Below are positions 40,414-57,224 of a stretch of DNA of 64,000 nucleotides, piece after piece (position 1 is the stretch's first letter; each line of letters opens with the position of its first letter). Below the pieces are notes generated by a model that saw nothing but the letters and a program-made list of their open reading frames with translations, had not been told where the DNA came from and did not search any database. This stretch comes from an uncultured delta proteobacterium. GTDB taxonomy: Bacteria; Myxococcota_A; UBA9160; UBA4427. Position numbers and translations under genes: made by a program. The stretch is from contig CAVORA010000029.1 in assembly GCA_963698485.1 (NCBI GenBank), positions 264,141 to 328,140 of the forward strand. Direction: 5' to 3'.

Positions 40414-40614
40414 GGCCTTCCGGCCCTGCGCTCGGCCGAGGGCTTCGGCTCTCGCCGGCACGAGGCCGAGGCTCAGTACCAGGGATTGAAGGCGCCGGCT
40501 TCGGGTCAGCGCTCGACCGATTGAAATCACGGAATGCTGCTCTCGCCGTAACGGGAGCAACTGCGGGCGGCCGCTTGACAGCACCGGTCGTCAGCAAAAT
40601 ACAAGGGGGTTCCG

Positions 40615-41643
<1,029 letters not shown>

Positions 41644-41644
41644 T

Positions 41645-42033
41645 ATGAATCATCGCAAGACCGGCAGGAAGCTCTCACGCTCGGGCTCGCATCGGAAGGC
41701 GCTGCTGCGCAATCTGGTGACGTCGCTTCTCGAGCACGAACAGATTCGCACGACCGACGCCAAGGCCAAGGAGCTGCGCGGGGTCGCCGATCGCATGATC
41801 ACGCTCGGTAAGCGCGGCACGCTGCACGCGAGACGACAGGCGCTCCAGACCCTCCGAGCAAGGACGTCGCGTCCAAGCTCTTCGACGAGCTGGCCGATCG
41901 CTATCGAGAGCGGCCCGGGGGCTATACGCGGGTGATCAAGCTCGGACAGCGTCCGGGTGATGCGGCGCCGATGTCGATCATCGAGCTCGTCGATCGCGCC
42001 GAAGGCGGGACCGCTTCGGAGGAGGGGGCCTGA
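41645..42033 (+). CDS. rplQ: 50S ribosomal protein L17 (frame broken by a 1-nt deletion near 41857-41860)
   Basis: L17 homology ([45 protein letters not shown]) continues after QALQTLR only in the -1 frame ([45 protein letters not shown], stop TGA 42031-42033). Confidence 0.9.
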
Positions 42034-42089
42034 GCGGCTCTGATCCCGAAACGGCTCCCAGGTCCGCTCGATCCGCCGCGCCCAGCCTC

Positions 42090-42614
42090 TTGCTGGGAGC
42101 GGCGGTCGTCGTCATGGCACTCGCCGCCATTCTCATGGGGGATGCAGGCGCTCCGCCCGTCGTTCGGGGAACGCCGGCGCCCGGCTTCGAGCTTCGAAAG
42201 CTCGGATCGGCCGCGGACGCCTCGGCCGAACGAATCGATCTCGCATCGCTGTCGGGTCGCGTCGTGCTCGTGAATTTCTGGGCGACCTGGTGTGAGCCGT
42301 GCGAGCGCGAGATGCCCGCTATGGAGCGGCTGTATCAGCGCCTCTCCGGTCCCGATTTCGAGCTTGTGGCCGTTGCGATCGATGAGGAGGAGGCCGACGT
42401 CCAGGCCTTTCAGGATCGCTACGGGCTCTCGTTCCCGATCGTGCTCGACCTCGACCAGAAGGTCTATCAGTCGTACCAGACGATGGGTGTGCCCGAGTCG
42501 CTCCTGATCGACCGCGCGGGCCGGATCATCGAGCGCTATGTAGGGCCTCGAGAATGGGATGCCCCGGAGCATGTCGAGCGGATTCGGGCCGTGCTCGGTG
42601 GTGAGAGCGACTAG
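42090..42614 (+). CDS. TlpA/ResA-family thiol:disulfide oxidoreductase
   Basis: 174 aa. N-terminal membrane anchor, thioredoxin fold with FWATWCEPCEREMP active site. Start is TTG 42090 or ATG 42114. Confidence 0.85.
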   Translation: MLGAAVVVMALAAILMGDAGAPPVVRGTPAPGFELRKLGSAADASAERIDLASLSGRVVLVNFWATWCEPCEREMPAMERLYQRLSGPDFELVAVAIDEEEADVQAFQDRYGLSFPIVLDLDQKVYQSYQTMGVPESLLIDRAGRIIERYVGPREWDAPEHVERIRAVLGGESD

Positions 42615-42694
42615 GGGCCCTGGCGCTGGACGGGCCCCAAGGGATTGGATTCGGTACCCTGCGCGCGCGGTCGGTCGGGCCACCGGCACCCCGA

Positions 42695-43051
42695 ATGGGG
42701 CGAGGTCCCAGCACCTTCTCGGCTGCCGCGACTTTCGCCGGTGCACCGGCCAGCAAGGGGAAACGGTTGAGGGCGCTTTGGCTGGGCACACTCCTGATCT
42801 CGCTCTGCGCGCTGCTCGCATTGTTGGATGGCGAGAGTGGTCTGGGGATCTGGCACGAGCTGCGCGTCGATCTCGAAGCGTCGAGGGCGAGGCTGGCGGA
42901 TCTCGTCGTGCAGAACGATGCGCTGCGCCGCGAGATCGCGCTGCTCGAGGCGGACCCGACGGCGATGGATCGCGTGATTCGCGAGGAGCTGGACATGGCC
43001 CTGCCGGGCGAGGTGGTCGTACATTTCTTCGCGGCGGGAGGCGAGCGCTAG
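42695..43051 (+). CDS. ftsB: septum formation initiator (FtsB/DivIC family)
   Basis: 118 aa. One TM helix (LWLGTLLISLCALLALL), then a coiled coil and DPTAMDRVIREELDMALPGEVV. Confidence 0.7.
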   Translation: MGRGPSTFSAAATFAGAPASKGKRLRALWLGTLLISLCALLALLDGESGLGIWHELRVDLEASRARLADLVVQNDALRREIALLEADPTAMDRVIREELDMALPGEVVVHFFAAGGER

Positions 43052-43193
43052 CGAGCCCCGGGGTGACGGGGACGCCGGCTGATCGGCCGTCGGCGCGGGC
43101 AAACGATGCGGCCCATGCTCGACGACGGGGGCGGCAGCGTTCGAGTGACCTGGAACGATCGCGAGAAGCGCGACGGATGGATCTGGAGTCGAA

Positions 43194-44963
43194 GTGAAGG
43201 AAGCGCTGCGGGAGAAGATCGAGACTGCCTTGCGAGGGCTCCTCGAAGAGGCGGGTGATGCCGGAGAGCTACCCGACTTCGCGATCGAGGTCCCTCGGCA
43301 GAAGGACCACGGCGACTACTCCTGCAATGCCGCGATGTTGCTGGCCAAGCGGCTGAGGCAGAAGCCGCGCGATATCGCGGAGGCCCTGAGAGCGCGCCTC
43401 GGGGACGCCGACGGACTGGTTGCGAGCCTCGAGGTGGCCGGGCCGGGCTTCCTGAACGTGAAGCTCGCAGAGTCGGGTTGGCAGGATCTGCTGCACGAGA
43501 TGATCGCGGCGGGCAGCCGCTACGGACAGTCGGTGACGGACGAGGTCCGCGCCGCAGCCGCAGGGAAGGCCGCCGGAGAGCGGCCGCGAGTTCAGGTCGA
43601 GTTCGTTTCCGCCAACCCGACCGGGCCGCTCTCGACCGGACACGGCCGTCAGGGGATCCTCGGAGACTGCATCGCGCGACTTCTCGAGGCCACGGGCTGG
43701 GACGTCACGCGCGAATACTATTTCAACGACGGTGGCCGCCAGATGCGCGTCCTCGGGGAATCGGTCAAGGCGCGTTACCTGGAGAGCCTCGGTCTCGCGG
43801 CAGCGCCGCCGCCCGAGGCCTTCGCGGACCCCGAGAAGGCCTGGGTCGACGAGGTGGACGGTCTGCCCGTCGTCTTCCCCGCCGATGGCTACCAGGGCGA
43901 CTACATCGCGGAGATCGCCGCGGGGCTTCGCGAGAAAGAGGGCGCGACGCTGGTCGACGAGCCGGGCGACGGCCGCTTCCGGGAAGAAGCGCAGCGCGTG
44001 ATCTTCGAGGATATCACCGGCACGCTGGCGCGGATCGGCATCGAGTTCGACGTCTACTTCAACGAGCGCGACCTCTATGACGAGGGGAAGCTCGAAGAGA
44101 CGATCGCCGACCTGCGCGACGCCGGGCTGATCTACGACTTCGAAGGCGCGGTCTGGTTCAAGGCGACCGAGCGCGGTCTCGATCGCGATCGCGTCGTGAT
44201 CAAGAGCAGCGGCGAGCCCACCTATCTGCTGCCCGATATCGCCTATCACCGGGAGAAGTTCCGACGTGGCTTCGACCGGGTCATCGACGTCCAGGGCGCA
44301 GACCACATCGAGCAGTTCCCCTTCGTTCGGGAGGCGACGAGCGTGCTCGGCGTAGACGCCGACCGGGTCGAGCTCGTGATGCATCAGTTCGTGACGATTA
44401 CGAGCGGCGGCGAACGCGTGAAGCAGTCGACGCGCAAAGCGACCTTCGTGACCGTGGATGAGCTCGTCGAAGAGGTCGGTGCCGATGTCTTCCGCTTCTT
44501 CATGATCGAGCGCAAGCCCGACGGCCACCTCGACTTCGATCTCGATCTCGCCAAGGACAAGAACTGGCGCAAGAATCCCGCCTACTACGTGCAGTACGCA
44601 CATGCCCGGACCCACGGCATCGAACGCAAGGCGGCGGAAGCCGGAATCCAGATGCCCACGGCGCACGGATTCGATGCGGGCCGCCTGGCTCTCGAGGAGG
44701 AGATCGAGCTCGTGAAGAAGCTCGCGACCTTCCCCGAAGTCGTGACGCGCGCGGCCGAATGCCGCGAGCCGCATCACATCGCCTACTACCTGCGCGAAGT
44801 CGCGGGACTCTGGAATCCCTACCTCCAGGACGGCGAGCATCATCGCGTGATCTCGGAGGACGCCGAGCTCACGGCCGCGCGTCTCGGCCTCGCCCTGGCG
44901 ATCCGCAACGTGCTGGCGAGCGGACTCGGGCTGCTCGGGGTCAGCGCGCCGGAGCGCATGTAA
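43194..44963 (+). CDS. argS: arginine--tRNA ligase
   Basis: 589 aa, GTG start. FVSANPTGPLSTGHGRQ (HIGH region); C-terminal anticodon-binding domain ending APERM. Confidence 0.95.
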   Translation: MKEALREKIETALRGLLEEAGDAGELPDFAIEVPRQKDHGDYSCNAAMLLAKRLRQKPRDIAEALRARLGDADGLVASLEVAGPGFLNVKLAESGWQDLLHEMIAAGSRYGQSVTDEVRAAAAGKAAGERPRVQVEFVSANPTGPLSTGHGRQGILGDCIARLLEATGWDVTREYYFNDGGRQMRVLGESVKARYLESLGLAAAPPPEAFADPEKAWVDEVDGLPVVFPADGYQGDYIAEIAAGLREKEGATLVDEPGDGRFREEAQRVIFEDITGTLARIGIEFDVYFNERDLYDEGKLEETIADLRDAGLIYDFEGAVWFKATERGLDRDRVVIKSSGEPTYLLPDIAYHREKFRRGFDRVIDVQGADHIEQFPFVREATSVLGVDADRVELVMHQFVTITSGGERVKQSTRKATFVTVDELVEEVGADVFRFFMIERKPDGHLDFDLDLAKDKNWRKNPAYYVQYAHARTHGIERKAAEAGIQMPTAHGFDAGRLALEEEIELVKKLATFPEVVTRAAECREPHHIAYYLREVAGLWNPYLQDGEHHRVISEDAELTAARLGLALAIRNVLASGLGLLGVSAPERM

Positions 44964-45664
44964 TGGCTGCGCCCCGAGGACGAGGCCTCCGACCGGGAGG
45001 GGTCGTTCGGGCGCTCTTGCGACTGCTCGTGCTGATCGCGCTTGGCTTCGGTCTGGGGCTGCTCTTCGGCGTCGTGACCGAGGAGCCCGAGCTGTTGGCG
45101 GGGCACCTGGCGGGAGAGAGCGAGTCGGTCTCGCTCGACGAGATGGGATCGCAACGGAAGGGCACGTCCTCCGGGACCCTCGAGACGCGGCCGGCGGAGG
45201 CCGTTGACTCCGAGCGGCTCGTGGCGGACGCTGCCGCGCCCGCGGCAACGCCCGCCGCCCGGCCAGCGCCTTCCGCCAAGCAGTCGGCCGAACGCGTCCC
45301 GCTGCCTCGCGTCGCAGCGGCGCCGACGGTTCGCGATCGACGTGCCGAGGCTCCGGCGGCGGTCGCCGCGCCCGTCGTTCGCGCGGTGGCGGCGCCAGAG
45401 TCGGCGATGCGTCAGATCGAGGATCGCTGGTCGATCCAGGTCGGGGCCTTCTCGGACGAGGGCGCGGCCGAGCGCCTGGCCGAGGGGTTGCGGGCGCGAT
45501 ATCCGGTGGATGTCCTGCCCGCGAGCTCGGACGGCGGTCGCTGGCGCGTTCGGGTCCAGCCGATCCGAGGCGAGGGGCGCGCACGAGAGATGGCCGAGGA
45601 GCTCAAGCGCGACGAACGATTGCCGACCTGGGTGACGCCCATGGAGGGGCGCGCCGGACGATGA
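44963..45664 (+). CDS. SPOR domain protein
   Basis: ATG 44963 overlaps the argS stop (TAATG). TM helix, Ala/Pro-rich linker, C-terminal SPOR repeat (WSIQVGAFSDEGAAERLAEGLR...RWRVRVQPI). Confidence 0.75.
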   Translation: MAAPRGRGLRPGGVVRALLRLLVLIALGFGLGLLFGVVTEEPELLAGHLAGESESVSLDEMGSQRKGTSSGTLETRPAEAVDSERLVADAAAPAATPAARPAPSAKQSAERVPLPRVAAAPTVRDRRAEAPAAVAAPVVRAVAAPESAMRQIEDRWSIQVGAFSDEGAAERLAEGLRARYPVDVLPASSDGGRWRVRVQPIRGEGRAREMAEELKRDERLPTWVTPMEGRAGR

Positions 45665-46682
45665 CCGAAGAACGCAATCAGCAGGCGCTCGAGGCACGAC
45701 GGCGGATCGGTGTCCTCGGAGCGGGGGGGCAGCTGGGCCGCTGTCTCGTGCGTCAGATCGAGGCGGCACCGGATCTGGCTCTGACCTTCGCACTCACGCG
45801 GCATGAGCTCGACCTCTCGCAGGCGGAGAGCCTGAGCGCCGGGATTGCGGCACTGCTCGATCGGCCCGCATCGGAGCGCCCCGAGGTCGTCATCAACGCG
45901 GCGGCCTATACCAAGGTCGATCTCTGCGAATCCGAGCAGGCGCTCGCCTACCAGACCAATGCGCTTGCCCCGGCCGAGTGGTCGAGGCAGCTGCGTCCTC
46001 TGGGCATTCGCTTCATCCACGTGTCGACCGACTACGTGTTTCCGGGCGATGGCGTCCGACCCTACCGCGAAGACGATCCGACGGAGCCGCGCACGGTCTA
46101 CGGTGCGAGCAAGCGCGCCGGTGAGATCGCGGTCCTGGGCAGTGATCCCGAGGCGCTCGTGGTGCGGACCAGCTGGGTCTTCGGGCCCGGACGCAACTTC
46201 GTCGTCGCGATCCTCGAGCAGGCAGCGAAGCGGCGTGCGGGCGAGGCCGAAGGTCCGCTTCGGGTCGTCGACGACCAGCGCGGCTCGCCGACCTCGGCCG
46301 AGGATCTGGCCTTCGCGCTGCTGGCGATCGCGCGCCAGGAGCCGTCGCAATGGGGCGGCGGCTTGCTGCACCTGCGGAACGCGGGCGAGACGACCTGGTT
46401 CGGCTTCGCGCGAGAGATTCTCGATCAGGCGGGCTTCGGGGACATCGAGATCGAGCCCGTGCCTTCCTCGACCTTCGAGACCGCCGCCCGGCGTCCGGCG
46501 TACTCGGTGCTCGACTGCAGCTGGGCAGAGAACAAGGGGATCGCGATGCCCCACTTCCGCGACGCTCTCAGCCGCTATCTTGCCGGCCCCGATCGGCCCG
46601 ACGTGCTGGCCTCCTCGGATCCTTCTCCCTCCACGACGGGCTCGTCCGAAGCCGTCGGTGATTCTCGCCAAGAGGTCTCGCG

Positions 46683-46686
<4 letters not shown>
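45661..46686 (+). CDS. rfbD: dTDP-4-dehydrorhamnose reductase
   Basis: 341 aa: [27 protein letters not shown]. About 40 aa of low-complexity C-terminal tail. ATGA overlaps on both sides. Confidence 0.85.
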
Positions 46687-48489
<1,803 letters not shown>

Positions 48490-48490
48490 C

Positions 48491-49405
48491 GTGTCACTGT
48501 TCCGTGCGGATCGCCGTGGGGACCCGGCCGACCCGAATCCCTTCGAGCAGGAGCCGCAAGAGGAGGCGAGCAGTCTGGCTGCGATCGTCGACCAGGTCGT
48601 GACCCTCGTCATCGCCATCACGATCGCCCTCGCGATCCGGCAATTCCTGGTCGAGCCCTTCCGGATTCCGTCGGGCTCGATGTTTCCGACCCTGCTCGTC
48701 GGGGATCACCTCTTCGTGAACAAGCTGGCCTACGGCCCGCGGCTGCCCTTCATGGAGGCGCGGCTTCCGGGCTGGCGCGAGCCCGAGCGGGGAGACGTCG
48801 TGGTCTTCGAGGTGGCGCGTCCGATGACCCCGCGCGGTGCCCGGGACATCATGCCGGTGGACCGGGCGCCGGACGGCACGCCGACCGAGGATTTCGTCAA
48901 GCGACTGGTCGGACTTCCCGGCGACACGATTCAGTGGCGCCGGGGGCAGCTCCTCGTGAACGGTGTCGAGGTCGCGATGCGTCCCGCGAAGGAGCGCTTC
49001 ACCGACGACGAAGGCCGGGCCCACGACGTCACATGGGAGGATCTCGGCAGTTGCCGTCACGCGATCCTCGACGGCCCGCGCCCGACCCGGGACCCGCGCT
49101 TCGATCGAGGGACCTACGTCGTCGAGCCCGGCCGCTACTTCATGATGGGTGACAACCGCGACAACTCGAACGACAGCCGGGGCTGGGGCACCGTCCGGCT
49201 GGAGGAGCTCAAGGGGCCGGCGTTCATCCTCTACTGGTCCTGGGATGTGAACGGCAACATGCTCTCGTTCTTCTGGCCGCCGAACTGGTGGAATGCCGAG
49301 AAGCGCTGGGATCGGGTGTTTCAGCGCGTGAAATGCGAGCCTGTCGAGGGCGAGATCCGCGCGGCGGCGCCACCGGATGGGGGCGTGGCGGGCATCGCCG
49401 GCTAG
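48491..49405 (+). CDS. lepB: signal peptidase I
   Basis: 304 aa, GTG start. PSGSMFPTLLVGDHLFVNK (catalytic Ser box), VKRLVGLPGD, GDNRDNSNDSRGWG. Confidence 0.93.
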   Translation: MSLFRADRRGDPADPNPFEQEPQEEASSLAAIVDQVVTLVIAITIALAIRQFLVEPFRIPSGSMFPTLLVGDHLFVNKLAYGPRLPFMEARLPGWREPERGDVVVFEVARPMTPRGARDIMPVDRAPDGTPTEDFVKRLVGLPGDTIQWRRGQLLVNGVEVAMRPAKERFTDDEGRAHDVTWEDLGSCRHAILDGPRPTRDPRFDRGTYVVEPGRYFMMGDNRDNSNDSRGWGTVRLEELKGPAFILYWSWDVNGNMLSFFWPPNWWNAEKRWDRVFQRVKCEPVEGEIRAAAPPDGGVAGIAG

Positions 49406-49545
49406 CTCGGCCCCCATCGTCCGGCCCGCGCCGGCAACACGCACGTCGCCCGCGTCAGCGGCCTTTCTCGGGACTTTCCTCGCGGTCGCGCCCCAGGCGT
49501 TTGCCTCCGCGACGCGGCGCGGTACATTCCTGCGCGATCGAGTTC

Positions 49546-49580
49546 ATCCTTTAAGCCCGTCCAGTGAGTCGGGAAAGGAT
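49546..49580 (+). promoter_or_regulatory. candidate PyrR-binding RNA hairpin in the pyrR leader
   Basis: ATCCTTT-AAG-CCCG-TCCAGTGAGT-CGGG-AAAGGAT: a 7-bp lower stem, purine bulge, 4-bp upper stem and a loop resembling the PyrR box UCCAGAGAGG. It ends 15 nt before GTG 49596. Confidence 0.5.
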
Positions 49581-49595
49581 CGAGGCGAACGAGCC

Positions 49596-50330
49596 GTGTC
49601 CATCGAGCCCCCCAGAGCCTCTTCCGAGGCGCCCGCGCAGGCAGGCCCGCACACCGATTCCGGTCGTCGCGAGGGGCCGGCCTCCTCTCTCCCGAGCCCG
49701 CCGAGCCAGGAAGCGAACGAGCGCGTGGTGCTCGACGACCAGGCGATCCGCCGCGCTCTGATGAGAATGGCGCACGAGATCGTCGAGAGTGCGGACGGAA
49801 TCGACCGGCTCTATCTGGTGGCCATCCCCAATGGAGGGGTGCCGCTCGGCCGGATCCTCGTCGACAACCTCGAGAGCCTGACCGGTCAGCGCGTTCCCCT
49901 CGGCATCCTGGACACGACTCTCTACCGAGACGACCTCTCGACCAAGGGGAGCCGTCCGCTGCTCCGACGCACGGAGATGCCGTCCTCCGTGGACGACCGC
50001 GTCGTCGTGCTCGTCGAGGACGTGGTCAGCACGGGACGCACGATTCGCGCCGCCATGGATGCCCTGATGGATTTCGGGCGTCCCTCCCATGTCCGGGTGG
50101 TGGCCCTCGTCGACCGCGGCCACCGCGAGCTGCCCATCAAGATCGACTACGTCGGAAAGAACATCCCGACCCAGCCCGAAGACAAGGTGATCTTCCGCGC
50201 GGAGGTCGAAGAGAGCCCTGCAGACGAGGACGACCGCACGGTCGAGACGACCGTAGGCTCGCTCAGTCTACTGGTGCGAGACGGCCATCCGAGCCGTCGG
50301 CGCAATCGCAAGCAGGAGGCGGGATCATGA
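49596..50330 (+). CDS. pyrR: bifunctional pyrimidine operon regulator / uracil phosphoribosyltransferase PyrR
   Basis: Core [21 protein letters not shown]...[21 protein letters not shown]...[21 protein letters not shown]. Start is uncertain (GTG 49596, or GTG about 49724). The ORF-track ATG 49377 overlaps lepB and the leader hairpin, so it is unlikely. ATGA overlap with pyrB. Confidence 0.85.
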   Translation: MSIEPPRASSEAPAQAGPHTDSGRREGPASSLPSPPSQEANERVVLDDQAIRRALMRMAHEIVESADGIDRLYLVAIPNGGVPLGRILVDNLESLTGQRVPLGILDTTLYRDDLSTKGSRPLLRRTEMPSSVDDRVVVLVEDVVSTGRTIRAAMDALMDFGRPSHVRVVALVDRGHRELPIKIDYVGKNIPTQPEDKVIFRAEVEESPADEDDRTVETTVGSLSLLVRDGHPSRRRNRKQEAGS

Positions 50331-51247
50331 TCGGTCGCGACATCCTCGGCATCGAAGATCTCTCCCGCGAGGACATCGAGACGATCCTCGAGACGGCCGA
50401 GCGCATGCAGGAGATCGGCACACGCGAAGTCAAGAAGGTGCCGACGCTGCGCGGTCGGACCCTGATCAATCTCTTCTTCGAGCCGTCGACGCGTACCCAG
50501 ACGAGCTTCGAGATCGCGGGCAAGCGGCTGGCGGCGGACGTCGTGAACTTCTCCGTCTCGAGCTCGAGCGTCACGAAGCGCGAGACGCTCCTCGATACCG
50601 CGAAGACCCTCGACGCGATGGACCCCGACGTCGTGGTCGTCCGGCACAAGGTCGCGGGCGTGCCGCATCGACTGGCCGAGGTCCTAGAGGCCCCGGTGAT
50701 CAATGCCGGGGACGGCGCGCATGAGCATCCCTCGCAGGCGCTCCTCGACATGCTCACGGTCCGTGAGCAGAAGGGCCAGATCGAAGGCCTCACGATCACG
50801 ATCATCGGAGACATCGCCCACTCCCGGGTGGCGCGCTCGAATATCTACGGCTTCACCAAGCTCGGCGCCGAGGTGCGCGTGGCGGGTCCGCCCACGATGC
50901 TGCCCGCCGGGATCGAATCGCTCGGCGTGAAGTCGTTCACGAGCCTCAAGGAGGCCATCGAGGGTGCAGACGTCGTGATGGCGCTGCGGATCCAGATGGA
51001 GCGCCTCGAGGGCGCATGCTTCCCGAGCGTGCGGGAATACTCGGCGACCTTCGGCCTCGACCGCGCCAAGCTGCGCTTTGCCAAGGAAGACGCGATCGTG
51101 ATGCATCCCGGGCCGGTGAACCGCGGTGTCGAGCTGGCCCATGAGCTCGCCGATCATCGGCCGAGCGTGATCCTGGATCAGGTCCGCAACGGCGTCGCCC
51201 TCCGGATGGCGCTGCTCTACCTGGTGGCCGGGCGGGGAGGGCGTTAG
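50327..51247 (+). CDS. pyrB: aspartate carbamoyltransferase catalytic subunit
   Basis: 306 aa: [30 protein letters not shown]. Confidence 0.96.
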   Translation: MIGRDILGIEDLSREDIETILETAERMQEIGTREVKKVPTLRGRTLINLFFEPSTRTQTSFEIAGKRLAADVVNFSVSSSSVTKRETLLDTAKTLDAMDPDVVVVRHKVAGVPHRLAEVLEAPVINAGDGAHEHPSQALLDMLTVREQKGQIEGLTITIIGDIAHSRVARSNIYGFTKLGAEVRVAGPPTMLPAGIESLGVKSFTSLKEAIEGADVVMALRIQMERLEGACFPSVREYSATFGLDRAKLRFAKEDAIVMHPGPVNRGVELAHELADHRPSVILDQVRNGVALRMALLYLVAGRGGR

Positions 51248-51250
51248 GTC

Positions 51251-52555
51251 GTGAATCGACTGCTGATTCGAAATGGTCGCGTGATCGATCCCAGCCAGGA
51301 TCTGGACGTCGAGGTCGGAGGCCTCGAGTGCCTGATCGAAGACGGTCGAATCATCGCGCTCGGCGCGGGGCTGTCGCCGGAGGGCGCCGAGGTCCTCGAC
51401 GCCCAGGGAGGCTGGATCGTACCGGGCCTGATCGACCTGCACGCCCACCTGCGCGAGCCCGGCCAGGAATACAAGGAAGATCTCGCCTCGGGCGGCACGG
51501 CGGCAGTGGCGGGCGGCTTCACGCAGGTTGCCTGCATGGCGAATACGACGCCCGTCAACGATGACCCGTCCGTCACGCAATACATCCTGGATCGGGCGGC
51601 GAAGGAATCCCCCGCCAAGATCCTGCCGATCGCGGCCGCGACGCGTGGTCTGCGGGGCGAGGTCATGACGGAGATGATCGCGCTCCGCGAGGCCGGCGCC
51701 GTCGCGTTCAGCGACGATGGAGCGACGATCGCGGACGCCGCGGTGATGCGCCGGGTGCTCGACTACTCGCGCATGGTGGACGTCCCGGTCATCGTGCACG
51801 CCGAGGACTGTCAGCTGCGCGGCGGGGGCGTCGTGAACGAGGGGCCGGTGGCGACGCGCCTGGGGCTGCCCGGAAATCCGGCGGCGGCCGAGGAGATCAT
51901 GGTGGCGCGCGACATCCGCCTGGCCTCGCTGACCGGCGCCCGTCTCCACATCGCACACGTCTCGACGGCCGGATCCGTCCACATGATCCGCGTGGCGCGC
52001 GACGCCGGCCTGCGCGTGACGGCCGAGGCCACGCCCCATCATCTGACGCTCACGGACGAGGCCACCATGGGCTTCGATACCAGCACGCGGGTCGCTCCCC
52101 CGCTGCGCTCGGCGGCGGACGTCGAGGCGCTGCGCCGCGGGCTGGCTGAAGGCGTGATCGACGTGATCGCGACGGACCACGCGCCGCATGCGACCTACGA
52201 GAAGGAAGTGGACTTCATCGAGGCGCCCCCCGGAATGCTCGGTCTGGAGACGGCGGTCGCCGTCAGTCTCGAGCTGGTGCGCGAAGGGGTGCTGTCGCCG
52301 ATCGAGTTCATCCGGCGACTCTCGACGAATGCGGCGAAGCTCATCGGGATCGAAGGCGGTCGTCTCTCGGCTGGCGGGCCGGGCGATGTCACGCTGATCG
52401 ATCCCGAGCAGGAATGGGTCTACGACCCGGCCGACGGCTTCTCGAAGAGCCGGAATTCTCCGTGGACGGGTGCCTCGTTGACCGGTCGCGTGCTCGCGAC
52501 GGTCGTCGACGGTCGGGTCGTCTATCACCAGGGACGTGGGGTACTGATTCGATGA
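51251..52555 (+). CDS. pyrC: dihydroorotase
   Basis: 434 aa, GTG start. [20 protein letters not shown]; amidohydrolase fold. Confidence 0.94.
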   Translation: MNRLLIRNGRVIDPSQDLDVEVGGLECLIEDGRIIALGAGLSPEGAEVLDAQGGWIVPGLIDLHAHLREPGQEYKEDLASGGTAAVAGGFTQVACMANTTPVNDDPSVTQYILDRAAKESPAKILPIAAATRGLRGEVMTEMIALREAGAVAFSDDGATIADAAVMRRVLDYSRMVDVPVIVHAEDCQLRGGGVVNEGPVATRLGLPGNPAAAEEIMVARDIRLASLTGARLHIAHVSTAGSVHMIRVARDAGLRVTAEATPHHLTLTDEATMGFDTSTRVAPPLRSAADVEALRRGLAEGVIDVIATDHAPHATYEKEVDFIEAPPGMLGLETAVAVSLELVREGVLSPIEFIRRLSTNAAKLIGIEGGRLSAGGPGDVTLIDPEQEWVYDPADGFSKSRNSPWTGASLTGRVLATVVDGRVVYHQGRGVLIR

Positions 52556-53841
52556 GTTCTAAGGGAGAACAGACCACTGCGGGCGATTGGGCGAGTACGG
52601 CGGACCTGCTGGGTCTGGCCCCGGCGCCCGCGATCCTCGCATTGGCGGACGGAACGGTCTATCGGGGGCGTGCCTTCGGTGCGCGTACGATCCGATCCGG
52701 GGAGGTCGTGTTCAATACCAGCCTCATGGGGTACCAGGAGATCGCGACGGATCCGTCCTACGCCGGCCAGATCGTGGTGATGACCTACCCGCAGATCGGC
52801 AACGTCGGCGTGAATCCGATGGACGACGAGGCCCGTGCGCCTTTCCTGTCGGGATTCATCGTGAAGGAGCTCTTCGACGAGCCCAGCAACTATCGAGCCC
52901 GCGGAAGCTTCGACGCGAAGCTCGCCGAAGCGGGCGTTCCGGGGCTCTCGGGGATCGACACGCGCTCGCTGGTGCGCCGCATCCGAGACGGTGGGGCGCA
53001 GGTGGGCGTGATCTCGACGGATCCGGCGGCCCAGGACGCGGATCAGCTGATCGAGCAGGCGCGCCAGGCACCCGGACTCGATGGCCACGACTGGGTCGCG
53101 AAGGTGACCTGCGATGCGGCCTATGAGTATTCCGAGGGCGCCTGGTCGGGTGTCGATGGGCAGCTGCCGCGGGCGCCGCGACCCGAAAAGAAGCTGAAGA
53201 TCGTGGCCTACGACTTCGGCGTGAAGCGCAACATCCTGCGGCTGCTCGTCGAGCAGGGCTTCGACGTGACGGTCGTGCCGGCGACCACGCCCGCGGCGGA
53301 CGCGCTGGCAATGAATCCCGACGGCATCTTCCTGTCGAACGGGCCGGGTGATCCGGCCGCCGTCGAGGGCGTCCAGCCGATCGTCCGCGAGCTGGTCGAG
53401 CACAAGCCCGTCTTCGGCATCTGTCTGGGGCATCAGATCCTCGGGCTCGCGCTCGGCGGCAGCACGCGCAAGCTCAAGTTCGGTCATCACGGTGGAAACC
53501 AGCCCGGCAAGGATCTCGCGACCGGCAGGGTCGCGATCTGCGCCGAGAACCATGGCTATGCCGTCGAGGCCGATAGCCTGCGTGCGGCGGGCGAGCAGGT
53601 CGAGATCACCCACGTGAACCTGAACGATGAGACCGTCGAGGGGCTTGCGCATGCGACGCGTCCGCTCTTCTCGGTGCAATACCATCCCGAGGCTTCACCA
53701 GGACCGCACGATGCGGCGTATTTCTTTGCGCGTTTCCGGCAGCTGGTCGAACGCACCGCAGCGGGCGAACGCGTGAGCGGAATCGACATCTGCGGAACCC
53801 CGAGCGTGGCCGCGAGCGCTGCGACAGGAAAGGTGGACTAG
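52552..53841 (+). CDS. carA: carbamoyl-phosphate synthase small (glutaminase) subunit
   Basis: ATG 52552 overlaps the pyrC stop. [24 protein letters not shown] (catalytic Cys), [14 protein letters not shown]. Confidence 0.95.
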   Translation: MSSKGEQTTAGDWASTADLLGLAPAPAILALADGTVYRGRAFGARTIRSGEVVFNTSLMGYQEIATDPSYAGQIVVMTYPQIGNVGVNPMDDEARAPFLSGFIVKELFDEPSNYRARGSFDAKLAEAGVPGLSGIDTRSLVRRIRDGGAQVGVISTDPAAQDADQLIEQARQAPGLDGHDWVAKVTCDAAYEYSEGAWSGVDGQLPRAPRPEKKLKIVAYDFGVKRNILRLLVEQGFDVTVVPATTPAADALAMNPDGIFLSNGPGDPAAVEGVQPIVRELVEHKPVFGICLGHQILGLALGGSTRKLKFGHHGGNQPGKDLATGRVAICAENHGYAVEADSLRAAGEQVEITHVNLNDETVEGLAHATRPLFSVQYHPEASPGPHDAAYFFARFRQLVERTAAGERVSGIDICGTPSVAASAATGKVD

Positions 53842-53844
53842 AGC

Positions 53845-57090
<3,246 letters not shown>

Positions 57091-57224
57091 TGTAATATGC
57101 CCACACCTCGAGAAGGAAGTGCAACGAGCTGATTGACCAGGCTTTTTGCTTTTCTGGTCGAGCCCTGTGCCGATTGTCGATCGAGCGCATTGAACGGTTC
57201 GAACCATGTGTGGAATGACCTTCG

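Noticed and set aside
40575-40604. Perfect TTGACA upstream of rpoA as an internal promoter.
   Set aside because: No acceptable -10 hexamer lies at 16-18 nt spacing (AATACA/ATACAA lack the invariant final T). The predicted transcription start would fall almost on the SD of rpoA.
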